DNA of 64,000 nt from Octopus vulgaris (Eukaryota). The stretch covers positions 131,254,001-131,318,000 of the forward strand of contig OX597815.1 in assembly GCA_951406725.2 (NCBI GenBank). Direction: 5' to 3'. Positions 1 to 12,706 of this stretch are shown one piece after another. Every line of letters begins with the position of its first letter. Position 1 is the stretch's first letter. Below the pieces are notes generated by a model. It worked only from the letters and a program-made list of their open reading frames with translations, did no database searches and was not told the origin of the DNA. The translations under genes were made by a program, and so were the position numbers.

Positions 1-125
1 TCTACCTCAAAAATATGAAAGGCAAAGTCGACCTCGGTAGAATTTCAACTCAGAACGTAAGGACGGTCGAAATGCCGCTAAGCATTTGCTCCGGCGTGCT
101 AACGATTCTGCCAGTTTGACGCCTT
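1..125 (-). mobile_element. tRNA-derived SINE family A, partial
   Basis: Reverse complement matches the head and core of the copy at 4717 (GAGTTCAAATT B-box region, GTCGACTTTGCCTTTCAT core). Confidence 0.85.
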
Positions 126-428
126 TATTACGCTTATAATGATTCATATATATCTGCAAAGATGTGGTAGAAGTGAAATGACTTTGTGGGTAGATAAAGT
201 ACGTTGACTATCAACTCTTGAGCAATAAGTTCAAACACGCCTCAAATGCTTTAGTGCGGATATGACCGTACACATTGCATTTCGTTTATTTACCATTCAC
301 ATGAGATGTTGATTATGTGAATATAAAATAAAATTCTACGCAAACAGGAATGAAGTTCATGAAGGCTTTGAAAGAATTTTCAAGAACACATGCATACGCA
401 CATGAATACACTAATATATTTATATACA

Positions 429-1080
<652 letters not shown>

Positions 1081-1125
1081 TTATCTATCTATCTACACAC
1101 ACACATATATAGATATATATATCCC

Positions 1126-1225
1126 ACTGTGTGACAACTTGTGCAAGTGTCTTCTACTATAGCTTCGAGCTGACCAAAGCCTTGTGAGTAGATTTGGTAG
1201 ACGGAAACTGAAAGATGACCGTTGT
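1126..1225 (+). mobile_element. SINE family B fragment
   Basis: GCAAGTGTCTTCTACTATAGC...TTTGGTAGACGGAAACTGAAAG is shared with many copies in the window. Confidence 0.8.
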
Positions 1226-1317
1226 GTATACACACACACACACGCACACACACGCACACACACACAGACACACGCACACACACACAGACACACGCACACA
1301 TATGTGAATATATACTT

Positions 1318-1536
1318 TTTTACTCTTTTATTTGTTTCGGTCATTTGACTGCGGCCACGCTGGAGCACCGCTTTTAGTCGAACAAATCGACCCCATGACT
1401 TATTCTTTGTAAGCCTAGTACTTATTCTATCGGTGTTTTTTGCCGAAGTGCTAAGTTACGGAGACACAAACATACCTGCATCGGTTGTCAAGCGATGTTG
1501 GGGGGAACAAACACAGACACACAAACATATACACAC

Positions 1537-1581
<45 letters not shown>

Positions 1582-1705
1582 TATATATACGACCGGCTTC
1601 TTTCAGTTTCTGTCTACCAAATCCAATCACAATGCTTTGGTCGGCCAGAGGCTATGGTAGAAGACACCTGCCCAAGATTCCACGCAGTAGGAATGAACCC
1701 GGAAA
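1318..1705 (-). mobile_element. SINE family B with internal (CA)/(TA) microsatellite
   Basis: Matches the 30821-31185 and 54408-54800 copies, including the CORE-like TTGGGCAAGTGTCTT segment and TAAAAGAG tail. Confidence 0.85.
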
Positions 1706-1803
1706 TACACAGCAACTATATACATACATACATACATACATACATACATACATACATACATACATACATACATACATACATACATACATACATACACACA
1801 TAC

Positions 1804-1864
<61 letters not shown>

Positions 1865-1928
1865 CACATAATGATAATATGCATAACAACAAAAGAATGA
1901 AATATTTGTAGAAATAGAGGATTATTTT

Positions 1929-2108
1929 ATATGCTATAATTAATAGAGTAAACAGTAAACGTTTGTCATTATTAGAACTCAGAGTTTCGAATGTCGGAGC
2001 GAAGAGCAACTGTACATTTTCGTCGGCTATTAATGGCTATTCGCTCCGACATTCGAAACTCTGAGTTCTGATAATGACAACCGTTTACTGTTTACTCTAT
2101 CAATTATA

Positions 2109-2114
<6 letters not shown>
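1929..2114. repeat. Inverted repeat with ~75-bp arms, PLE-like fold-back
   Basis: Arms 1929-2003 and 2040-2114 are near-perfect reverse complements. The right arm runs into (TA)n. Confidence 0.9.
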
Positions 2115-2164
<50 letters not shown>

Positions 2165-2193
2165 AAATAAGCAACAAGAATGACTCCGGTAAT

Positions 2194-2279
2194 TTGGTAT
2201 GATCGTTTCATACTACATCATTTTATTAAATGTTGTAAGTATTACACCAGATTTAAGATGCTGAGTACTCATCAGCCAA
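2194..2279 (-). ncRNA. Type I hammerhead ribozyme, helix III with one mismatch
   Basis: Minus strand reads ttgg CTGATGA gtact [~49 nt] agtat GAAA cgatca TA ccaa. Confidence 0.7.
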
Positions 2280-2427
2280 TTATAGAGGCTTTCCATTAAT
2301 ACAAAAATTTTCAAATCAAGTGGCAACATTATAGAGAAGGTAGATATACAGACAAAGATGTGGATTTAAATTTTAAGAACATATGAGGTAGTGAAGTCCT
2401 TCCACTGACTGACTAAGATATTATATA

Positions 2428-2725
2428 TATATAATTAGGGTTCAGCAAAAAAATTTACTTTACCACACACCGAACTTTTAGAAATAGCAGCCAAAGAATT
2501 TAGCAGTCTCCCAGACAATGTATACTCTTCTTATAGTAGAGGAAATAGCTAAATTCGTTGGCTGCTATTTCTAAAAGTTCGGTGTGTGGTAAAGCAAATT
2601 TTTTTGCTGAACCCTAATTATATAAAGTAATGTTTTAAATATACCGTAAATGGTCCTTTTACATACTGAACACTGCTTGGTAAAATTATTAATTACTAAT
2701 TAATTAATTTTACCCTATTATTATT

Positions 2726-2729
<4 letters not shown>
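2428..2729. mobile_element. TA-flanked fold-back element, PLE-like
   Basis: Inverted arms 2428-2504 and 2548-2624. Homologous to 16262-16445. Confidence 0.75.
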
Positions 2730-2772
<43 letters not shown>

Positions 2773-2773
<1 letters not shown>

Positions 2774-4047
2774 GAGGGGCGTTCAATAAGTAATGCCCCT
2801 GACCCACTTCCCATAGCAGTAGAGCAACGAAACTTGGCACAGTTATTAGTCTTTTTCTACATAGGAACCACCCAGAGTTACGCATTTCTCCCATCGTTTG
2901 ATGCGGCTCTGGAGACCGTTTTTGTAGAAGAACCCAGCTTGGTCCTCCAACCTCAACGTGACTTCAGAAATCAAGGCTGCATCATCTGGGAAACGCTTTC
3001 CTTTCAAAAACAACTTCATGATTGGGAAGAGGTGAAAATCAGAGGGTGCAAGGTCAGGAAAGTAGGGGGGATGGGGAGGAGTTCATAGCCATACGCCTGT
3101 GCTTCTGATCTGGCGACAAGCGAGTTGTGGACCGGAGCGTTGTCCTGCAGGAGGAGGATGCCTTTGCTGATCTTGCCCCGCCTCTTGATTTTGATAACTT
3201 CTCTTAATTTCCTCAAAAGTGAAGCATAATAGGCTCCTGCAATTGTGGTACCCTTTGCCAGGAAATCTGTCATCACTACTCCGTCCTGGTCCCAGAAGAC
3301 TGTGAGCATGACCTTGCCAGCAGAGGGCTGCACCCTTGCCTTCTTTGGAGGAGGTGAGTCACGTTGCTTCCACTGCATTGACTGGGCTTTGGTCTCTGGA
3401 TCATTGTGATGGACCCAGGTTTCATCCTGTGTAATCAGTCTTTTGAAAAATTTTGACTCATCTTCTTGGCACATCTCCAAATTCACCCTCGAGCACTCGA
3501 CGCGTTCTTGCTTCTGGAAAGGCGTGAGCAACCTGGGAATCCATCTGGCAGACACCTTTTGCATATGCATATGGTCATGAATGATAGTTTCCACTGACCC
3601 GGTACTAATCTTGACCTCATGGGCTATTTGGCGAATAATTATGCGTCGATCTTCCAAAATGGCAGCCTGAACTTGACGGACAGATGCCTCATCAATGGCA
3701 GAAGGGGGCGACCAGATCTGGGAGCTGTTTTCACAGAGTTCCGACCATGTTTGAATTCACGATGCCAGCGTTTTACAAGGTCATATGATGGGGCATCATC
3801 ACCATAAGTTACTTTCATTTCATCAAAAGTCTCCCGTGGTGTACGTCCTTTCAAATACAAAAACCGGATCACTGCTCGACACTCAACTTGACTCGGTTCA
3901 AACACCTGTAAATCAGAAACCACAATTAATTCAGAGCTGTAATTTGCCACTTACTCTATAGAGATATACATGATTGCACATGCAAAATGTCAGCTAGATC
4001 AAACAACTGCAAGTGAGTCAGAGGCATTACTTATTGAACGTCCCTCG
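2773..4047 (-). mobile_element. Full-length mariner transposon, 1275 bp
   Basis: TIRs CGAGGGGCGTTCAATAAGTAATGCC / GGCATTACTTATTGAACGTCCCTCG, TA flanks, inserted in (TA)n. Confidence 0.95.
2846..3900 (-). pseudogene. Mariner transposase with two frameshifts
   Basis: HTH region ending RSGRP, WIPRLL, ITQDETWVH, LQDNAPVH, then a shifted-frame PPYFPDLAPSDF. Confidence 0.93.
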
Positions 4048-4062
4048 TATATATATATATCT

Positions 4063-4093
<31 letters not shown>

Positions 4094-4106
4094 TATATAT
4101 ATACAT

Positions 4107-4177
<71 letters not shown>

Positions 4178-4194
4178 TGCGTGTGTATGTGTTT

Positions 4195-4305
4195 GTATGT
4201 TGGTGTGTTTACGTCCCCGTAACTTAGTGGTTTGGCAAAAGAGACCGATAGAATAAGTCCATTTTTTCGACCAAAGGCGGTGCTCCAGCATGGCCGCAGT
4301 CATAA
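4195..4305 (+). mobile_element. SINE family B 3' part
   Basis: TGGTGTGTTTACGTCCCCGTAACTTAG...GCGGTGCTCCAGCATGGCCGCAGTC. Confidence 0.8.
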
Positions 4306-4344
4306 TTCTACCAGCTCCCCGGTTTATATCTTCTCTAATAAGCA

Positions 4345-4587
4345 TTTCTACTTTAGGCACAATACCTGAAATTTGTGGGGAGAAGAAACGTCGAATGCAT
4401 CGACCCCAATATTCAGCTGGTACTTACTTCATCGACATCAATGGTCAGCTGATACTTATTTCATCGACCCCAAAAGAGTGAAAAGTAAAGTCGACTACAG
4501 CGGAATTTGAGCTCAGGATGTAAAGACAAACGAAATGCCGTTAAACGTTTTATCCAACGTGCTAGCGATTCTGCCAGCTCGCCGGCA
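4345..4587 (-). mobile_element. SINE family A
   Basis: Reverse complement of the family A head, core and tail. Confidence 0.8.
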
Positions 4588-4716
4588 TTATATCCTTTCT
4601 TATATTAACAGGAAGAATAACTGAGCTGAGATTTTACTTAATGGCTTTAGGACGGAAAATTATGTAAATGAATAGCAAAATACCAGAGCTTGAATGTTTT
4701 AGAATATCAAGTTTGT

Positions 4717-5112
4717 AAGGCGGCGAGCTGGCAGAAACGTTAGCACGCCGGGCAAAATGCTTAGCGGTATTTCGTCTGCCGCTACGTTCTGAGTTCAAAT
4801 TCCACCGAGGTCGACTTTGCCTTTAATCCTTTCGGTGTCGATTAATTAAGTACCAGTTACGCACTGGGGTCGATATAATCGACTTAATCCGTTTGTCTGT
4901 CCTTGTTTGTCCTCTCTGTGTTTAGCCCCTTGTGGGCAGTAAAGAAATAGGTATTTCCTCTGTCTTTACGCTCTGAGTTCAAATTACGCCGAGGTCGACT
5001 TTGCCTTTCATCTTTTCGGGGTCAATAAATTAAATACCAGTTGCGTACTGAGGTCGATCCAATTCACTGGTCCCCTCCCCCTAAATTTCGCGCCTTGTGC
5101 CTTGAGTAGAAA
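4717..5112 (+). mobile_element. Dimeric SINE family A with 15-bp target-site duplication
   Basis: A-box-like TGGCAGAAACGTTAG and B-box GAGTTCAAATT. The core GCCTTTCATCCTTTCGGGGTCGATAAA (Meta/MESC-like, from memory) occurs twice. TSD AGAATATCAAGTTTG at 4701-4715 and 5113-5127. Confidence 0.92.
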
Positions 5113-6511
5113 AGAATATCAAGTTTGAGATCTCAGAACTTGAATTTTAGATTAACCCTTAAACCCACTTAACTGACTTAGCAATTCCCTCCCCTGGTTA
5201 AAAAAAGAAGTCACTGATAATATTTGCATCTATGATCAATGACTTCGTATTTCTTCAGTTCAAACATTTGTTTAATAGCCTTTATAAGTAACGCTCAGTT
5301 AATAATAAAGTATGAATAAAGGAAATGCATTGTTTTAAAACTGTTTTCTGTTTAAGCACACATTATAATGTAACCGATACTTAACACTGAAAGTCACCCA
5401 TCCCATTGTTTAGTTCTATTTATGGCTTATCTCTTGCAACGTTTTTGAGATATTTTTTCCAGTTATCATGTAAATGTTTGTATATGACTGTACATATGTG
5501 TGCGTGTGTATTTTGATTGCTGTTCCACTATTAGAATATATAGTTCCTCGGTTATCATTATTGATCATCTTGTTTCAAAAGTAATTGCTATTTTGAACAT
5601 AATATTTGCTATCACTTCATTGTCTTTTCTAATTGTTTACAGCTGAAACTGCTAAAATTGAAGCTATAAAACTGAAGAGATTTTATGATCCGTTTATCAG
5701 TCAGGTTTACAAATCTTCAAAAGTGATAATTATTTTTTTATTATCTTTTTTTACATTATTATCAGTTTTACATTTTTTCCCCTCCCGTTTCAATTCAGAA
5801 AATTATTGGTTGTGAGTTGTGAATCTTTAAGTAGTTTATGTCAACAAAACAATACTGACTTGAGAGCTGCTAATATGGTAGTCGTGACTTTTTTTCTATT
5901 TTTGAAATAATAGTGTAAAAAAATAAATTGGTTGTTATTTCTTAAGTTATGTCCGTATGATTAATTAGTCTACTGCGTCAACACAACGTTATTGTGTATT
6001 TTTTTTGTAAGAAGCACTGATGTAAGAGATTTACTAGTCTGTCTCGGGTATAGACTTGGATGGTAGGTGAAGAAGTTCACTTTGCAGTTATTCAGCTTCG
6101 GGTAGATGTCTATTGTAGAAGGCACTTTTCCAAGATTCTATTGCATGGAATCTTGGGAAATGTGTCTACTATAATATAATTGACTTGACGAATTACCTTT
6201 GGGTAGAGTTCTGCTAACAGAACAACAGTATGTGTGTGTATACATACACACACACACGCATACATACATACATATGTATGTATGTATTTATGTATGTATG
6301 TATTTATGTATGCATGTATTTATGTATGTATATAGATGTATGGATGTTGTGAATCAGCGATTGGCTCAATAGAAAAATTGTATTCCACGAAAGTGTCCTC
6401 CATGAAATGCATTGGAAAAATATCAGAATATATCATTTTGACATTATCAAAATGAAAGCCCATAAATCACCGGGGTATAGAAGTACAACTTGAAAATCCC
6501 TCTTCTATAGA

Positions 6512-6549
6512 TTCTGAAGACAGTTGTCACTGTGAAATGTTCACATAAA
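6512..6549 (+). ncRNA. Possible degenerate hammerhead ribozyme
   Basis: tt CTGAAGA cag ttgtca ctg t GAAA tgttcaca TA aa. Helix I is only about 2 bp. Confidence 0.4.
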
Positions 6550-6829
6550 AATTTTATTTCAAGAGTGTGTGCTCTACCCTGTGGTAAATATAATGAAAAA
6601 CTTGTCGCAGACTAGTGTACATTGAAATGACCAATGGAAGCCTAAATATTATCACATAAAAGCTATTTTAAATTTCTTTTAAATTTTCTTCACTCTGACT
6701 CTATACATCCAAATATATATACGTGTGTTACATCTACAAAACTGTAAATAATGTACAGTTAAAAATCATTTTATCAAATACAACTTCAAATAAACGCGTT
6801 GTTCTATTCTTTTGTTTGTTCACCAACGT

Positions 6830-6865
<36 letters not shown>

Positions 6866-7140
6866 ATACTCCCATATAAACTCACACACACGCACACCCG
6901 CACGAATACCCTACACAATAATTAGGGGTATAAGTACAATCCATGTGTTCACCTCGTAGGCGCTTCGTGTAGGAATCTGGCTAGCGTATTATTCCAATAA
7001 CCAAAGGAAGATCAGTTATACATCAATAAATAATAAAAAAAGGCACACTTTACGAATCTCAGTCATGATGCAGAAGACATGAGATAAACCTCACAAACTG
7101 AATAATTATTAATTTACTTGAAGAAAAAGAAAGTCAAGTC

Positions 7141-7261
7141 GATGTTACGAACGTTTCTGTGAACAAACGTTGTTTATTCCATACTCCATATTAAGATATG
7201 TAATACATGCAAATACGCAACGTGTAAAAAATATTACTATTCATTCACTTCATCAGACATC
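7141..7261 (-). ncRNA. Type I hammerhead ribozyme, intact core, long helix II loop
   Basis: Minus strand reads gatgt CTGATGA a gtgaa [80 nt] ttcac a GAAA cgttcg TA acatc, giving a 5-bp helix I. Confidence 0.8.
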
Positions 7262-7974
7262 CTGATCTGAAATACAATGGACTTATGAAAAAATCTACGA
7301 TACAGGATAAATTCATATCCCTTTATGGGTGTATCAACAGCATGCAAATAGACCAATGTACACAATCCTTCATCAACGAATCTCTGGACATGCTATATGT
7401 CAGATAAGATTTAAATCAATCAAAATCAAAATAAAATCAGTTAAAAAGATCCTATATTTCAAAGAATATTCCGCCTCGCGTCATTTTATACTTTATTATG
7501 ACCTGCTTGGCGATATCGGACAATTAACGGTGGATCCAGACACAAGTGATTTCATTAATAAGAATAACCGATAAAAAAACGAATGTAGTACACACACTCA
7601 CACACACAAAACATATACATTCACATATACAAATATAATTAAATGTGCTTGTGTGTGAGTATGTGTAAGTGTGTCAATGTATGTTTAATTAGTATGCGTA
7701 TCTATAAAATTGCTGAATTCTTTCCACACTTTGTTCATCAAATAGTCTAACAATTAGCATAAATACACGTTCAAAAGAAGTAACAAAATGCAAAAATACT
7801 GATTATTAGCTCAATGATGATATCATCGGTGATGATAATGTACACGTATAATTGATATCCAATAGAGTATTCTGCAGCTCTTTGATCATCAATTAGTCAA
7901 GAAAATCAATGTCACAGATAATGTTTAGAAAATTGATGAGCTTATGCTCATCATAATCTGTCCAATATTTGCTT

Positions 7975-8278
7975 TCTCTTTTATTCTGTTACTTGTTTGA
8001 GTTTTTTAGATTGCAATTACGCTGGGATAGCGCCACGAACAGTAAAATAAAACGAAAAATTGACCTAGTACTTCGGTGTGACACTTATTTATTATTATTT
8101 TTTTTTTAAAGTAGCACTAAATTATTTGAGTCTGGCTCACTTTGCCGAACCGCTTAGTTACAGGGACGTAAAAAAACCAACAACGGTTAACAAGCAGTGA
8201 AGCGGTGGGTGAAGAAACATAAACACAACCCCCCCCACACACACACGCACACACACACGCACACACGCACACGCGCGC

Positions 8279-8327
<49 letters not shown>

Positions 8328-8512
8328 AACAAACACATACACGCATTTACTTCGAGCTCCTACACAGTTTCCATCTACCATATTCACTCACATGGCATTA
8401 GTCGGGCTGAAGTTATAATAGAAGACATTTCTCCAAGATCCTCTGCAATGGGACTGAACCCGAAATTATGCGGTGGCAGAGCGAACTTCTTAACTACGCA
8501 GCCAAACCTGCG
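7975..8512 (-). mobile_element. SINE family B with internal (CA)n
   Basis: Family B motifs lie on both sides of the CA array. Confidence 0.8.
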
Positions 8513-8721
8513 ACATTTGACGCTATCAGTAAAGAAGCTAATAAACAACATAAGATTAAAGTAAAATCTAGAAATGCAGAAACGCATTGCTAAGAAGTAA
8601 GTGAACGATAATAAAAATATAGGATTTTTTAAAAAGCCTTTCGATAGAAGCTTACCACACTACTGAAGCAACGAAACATCCACTCACACACACAAATAAA
8701 ATTAAATAAGGTATTATTGCA

Positions 8722-8783
<62 letters not shown>

Positions 8784-8785
<2 letters not shown>

Positions 8786-9392
8786 GCATATATGGCATAT
8801 TACCAGCCAATGTACTCCACTAGCCTAGAAGGAATACAAGAGACGCCATGACAATATAGTCAGGCTTGTCGATTGGACACTTCGCAACAAGCACGGACTT
8901 CACAGAGCAAAAAACTGGTACGACCACAAACCTAAAGGCATCGTCGAAAATAAAAATAAAAATAAAAATGCAAAGATCCTATGGGATTTTATGATTCAGT
9001 GCGACCTTGAGATAGAGAATGGGAAGCCAGACATATTCATAATTCAGAAAGAAAACAAACGATGCTGGATCATAGATATAGCATGCCCAGCTGTCAACAA
9101 CGTTGAGAGATATGACAGGTTAGCTTGGGAAGTTAAGCAGTTGTGGTCGATGAAAAAGGGGATAGTAGTACCAATAATTGTCGGAGCCCTGAGAACAGTG
9201 AGCAAAAATCTCGAGAAGTACGTGGAACAAATAAGGGCTGCAACAAGGGTGAAGCACTTGCAGAAAACAGCACTGCTTGGAACCGCCTGAATACTCCGGA
9301 AGGTGCTCGAAAAATAAGATGTTACATTAGTTCACTGGTAGTGAACAGCTGACGCTGCAGTACATCTCCAGCATTAGAATCTGTGCAAAGGC
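8784..9392 (+). mobile_element. 5'-truncated RLE-type LINE (R4/Dong-like)
   Basis: EYKRRHDNIVRLV, WYDHKP, ILWDF, KPDI, VPIIVGAL, LQKTALLGTA. (AAT)n on both sides. Confidence 0.88.
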
Positions 9393-9442
9393 AATAATAA
9401 TAATGATAATAATAATAATAAATGATAATAATAATAATAATA

Positions 9443-9489
<47 letters not shown>

Positions 9490-9527
9490 GGTGGTGGTGA
9501 TGGTGGTGGTGGTGGTGATGGTGATGG

Positions 9528-9600
<73 letters not shown>
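9393..9600. repeat. Compound (AAT)n-(GAT)n-(GGT)n array
   Basis: Seen directly. Confidence 0.97.
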
Positions 9601-9601
<1 letters not shown>

Positions 9602-10296
9602 CCCTTATGCAGTACAAGGCAATGGCTCTCATGGTTTTTTTATCTTAACTGATTGGAAGTGTTATCATGTACATTGTTTTGTCATGGTATAAAAGATGGG
9701 CTACAAGAAATATTCTGCTCAATACCACAGATTTGCTTGTCATTTGTTTGATCTTAACCAGTTGAGCATGTCCTTTGGTGGCTGGTGATATGTGTATCTC
9801 TGATCACGAGCAGAAGTAGTGGAGGGGCATCATAGGCGTGTGTTGAAAGCAATTCTTGGAGGTTTGAATAATTCACCTTTGGAAACATGGGTGTTTCGTT
9901 CAACATCCTTAAACAACCCTTATTCAGGGACCTTTTGAGCAGGATGTGTTACTCGATTAGAAGAACATTCTAACTGAGCCCCACCTGCAAGGTTATGTGC
10001 TGTTTATCTTGATATGAGATCACCATGTCGCACACATATGGTTGTGATGCATGTGCATCGTGTACCCTTATCAGACGGGTAGTCATGATAGGTATACTGG
10101 GCTTCGTATATTTTACCCCAGTGTTACTTTGATGGCATGCACTGCTCTCTCACTCAATGATAATAATAATAATATTATTATTAAAGTGGCTAGCAAGTTT
10201 ATACCTATATAGGTAAAAGATACAAAAGAATTTAGTAGGGTACCTCAATTTCACTTGCTATAAATAGAACTATCACTCCAAAAGCAAAAATTTATC

Positions 10297-10554
10297 ACTA
10301 TGAAAATACACACGGCAAATGCAACGAATATAAGAGAAACATGCTTCCTTTGTATGAACTGCAGAGATAAGAAATACAGATATTCCAGGATCAATTGATT
10401 TCGCTTTTTGTATTAATATACTTGAAGCTCGTCAGCCAGACTTACTGCAAAATCAATTGATCCCGGAATATCTGTTTTCCTTGGTTCTGTAGTTCATACA
10501 AGGTAAGCCTATTTCTGTTATATTCGTTGTATTCGCTGTGTGTATTTTAATAGT
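10297..10554. mobile_element. Fold-back element with ~105-bp arms and a hammerhead
   Basis: Arms 10297-10401 and 10450-10554 are diverged reverse complements. Confidence 0.85.
10385..10439 (-). ncRNA. Type I hammerhead ribozyme, intact core
   Basis: Minus strand reads ctgg CTGACGA gctt [18 nt] aagc GAAA tcaattga TC ctgg, with palindromic helix III and an AUC cleavage triplet. Confidence 0.85.
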
Positions 10555-11949
10555 AAGAAATTTAGTAAGAAAAACAGCAAGAAAACTCCAAGACTGCAAT
10601 ATTAGTCTTGAGAAAGCTTCTCATAAAAGCGTATAGTACTAAAAAGAACAGTAATATCAGAAATACCAGAAGAAAAGTGTATAGCAGCGTTGGTAAATTG
10701 GAAGATGGGGGATTTCTGCGTATTTGCGCGTTTTCGGTAGCATGTTATCACTATCAACCACATGCTTAGACAAATTTCGTCTCTACTTGTAATAAATCAG
10801 TGAAATCGGTAGATATCGACGCGCGTGCGACGTATGTATGTTGCCTTGGATAACAAGACGGTTGATTAAATTACTGACTTATGAAAAACAAAAGAAAAAC
10901 AATCAAGGGAAACATCGACGTTGTCGTCGTAGTCATCATCGTCATCATCACCCACCATTCCATCATCATTTTCGTCTCTACCAATGCCACGACGACGACG
11001 ACCACCACCACCACCACATCCACCACCACTACCTCCATCATCATGATCATGATCATGGTCATCATCATCATCGTCATTTTACGTCCACTTTTTTAATTGC
11101 AAAGGTTGACGGAGATTTTGCAGCTGAATACATTTTCTATCGCCATCCCTTTTAGTGACGTCATACAATCCACAGAAACATGCATGAGGATGGGTTTATT
11201 CTAAATCCAGGAAACGTAATTTATAGTTAGAAATCTGTATGAAATAATATTTAATAACTTTGAAAATAACGGGTACGAAAACACAAAAAATTTGCTATGA
11301 AAAATATACAAATCTTTCATATTAAAAAAATATTCTAAGAAATTTTTCTCTTTCTTCTTTCCGAATGATATTTGATAACATTTTCTCTACTTCAAATGTG
11401 ATAATCGGTTAAGAATATACAAATTTCCTTATGTTGCAAAATAATTTACGATTATTTTTTTCCCTGTCTTACAAATAATACTTGGAAATATTCTCTCTTC
11501 TTTAAAATTGCTAATTGGTTACCAGATTAACTCAGAGCAATAAAATTGATATAGAAAATATAAAACGTAGAAATCTATGACAACGCGATGATTATCTCAG
11601 TTATTTCTTCGCGTTAGGGAGAAATTATTTTTTAAATCTTTCAACACTATAGGAAGAAATGTCATTTTTCTTGACAACAAATCTTTACAAAAGCTATTCA
11701 ACTATATAGAAAAATCTTCTGTTATAGTCAATGTTTAGTCATGTATTTATAAATGCATTACAACTATGACCATCACATGTATTTTTCTAGACATGACACA
11801 TCTTGGACTTTGTTATCATACATGTTTTTTTTATTTAAGAGCATAGGGTATGGTTTGGTTATGGATTGTAGCATGTCGTATAACGATACAGAACCTCTTC
11901 GATTTCATACTGAAGCTGGCGTACTCCAGGCAAAATACTTACTGGCATT

Positions 11950-12230
11950 TCATCTGTCTCTTGTTCTGAGCGCAAATGCCGTTCAGGCCGATTTGCCTTT
12001 TATCTTTTCGGAGTCGATGAAATAAGTAGCAGTTTAATACTGGGGTCCAATGTAATCGATTAGCCCTCTCTCCCAAAATTTCAGGCTTTCTGCCTTTTAG
12101 GGAAGAAAATGGCCGAATTTGTCTTTCATCCTTTCGGGGTCGATAAATTAAGTACCAGTTGAGCACTGCAGACGATGTAATCGGCTCACACACTTACCCG
12201 AACTTGCTGGCCTTGTGCCCAGATTTGAAA
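11950..12230 (+). mobile_element. SINE family A, degenerate, duplicated core
   Basis: Two copies of the TTTCATCCTTTCGGGGTCGATAAA-type core. Confidence 0.75.
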
Positions 12231-12251
12231 CTATTATTGTTGTTGTTGTTG

Positions 12252-12285
<34 letters not shown>

Positions 12286-12287
<2 letters not shown>

Positions 12288-12560
12288 GAAAAGTCACAGC
12301 TTATTTTGTTGGGTATGATGGCAAGTGTCAGCTGTACACAGCTATCAGTCTAAGGTGACACTTGTTTACTGGTCATGATTCAAGAAACTTGCGAAGAATT
12401 CTTGCAGTTCCAAGCAATGCTGATTTTTCTAGGTGTTCTGCCTTCACACTTGCACCAATCTTCTTCGGCCATGCTGGTAGCTGAGTGCTGATACTTTCAA
12501 GTGCACCAATTACTACTGGTATCACGTCTGCTCTCTTCATTGACCACAACTTTCGTATTT
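12286..12560 (-). mobile_element. RLE-type LINE 3' fragment
   Basis: Minus strand reads PVVIGAL...HLEKSALLGTARILRKFL*, adjacent to a TTA array. Confidence 0.8.
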
Positions 12561-12623
12561 CCCACTTTAAATCGTCATAATTGTTTATTTTTCTTCTTCT
12601 TTCACATTGATTCGGTTGTCATC

Positions 12624-12704
<81 letters not shown>

Positions 12705-12706
<2 letters not shown>

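Noticed and set aside
4717-5112. CRISPR-like or other prokaryotic repeat system
   Set aside because: Repeats are SINE modules with TSDs. There is no repeat-spacer periodicity and no cas-like ORF anywhere in the window.
10588-10622. Hairpin CAAGACT/AGTCTTG followed by GAAAGCTT; similar half-motifs near 14626 and 17831
   Set aside because: The CUGANGA half is missing or too degenerate to call.
10838-11155. His-rich 105-aa ORF
   Set aside because: Explained by a degenerate CAT/CAC/GAC trinucleotide tract.
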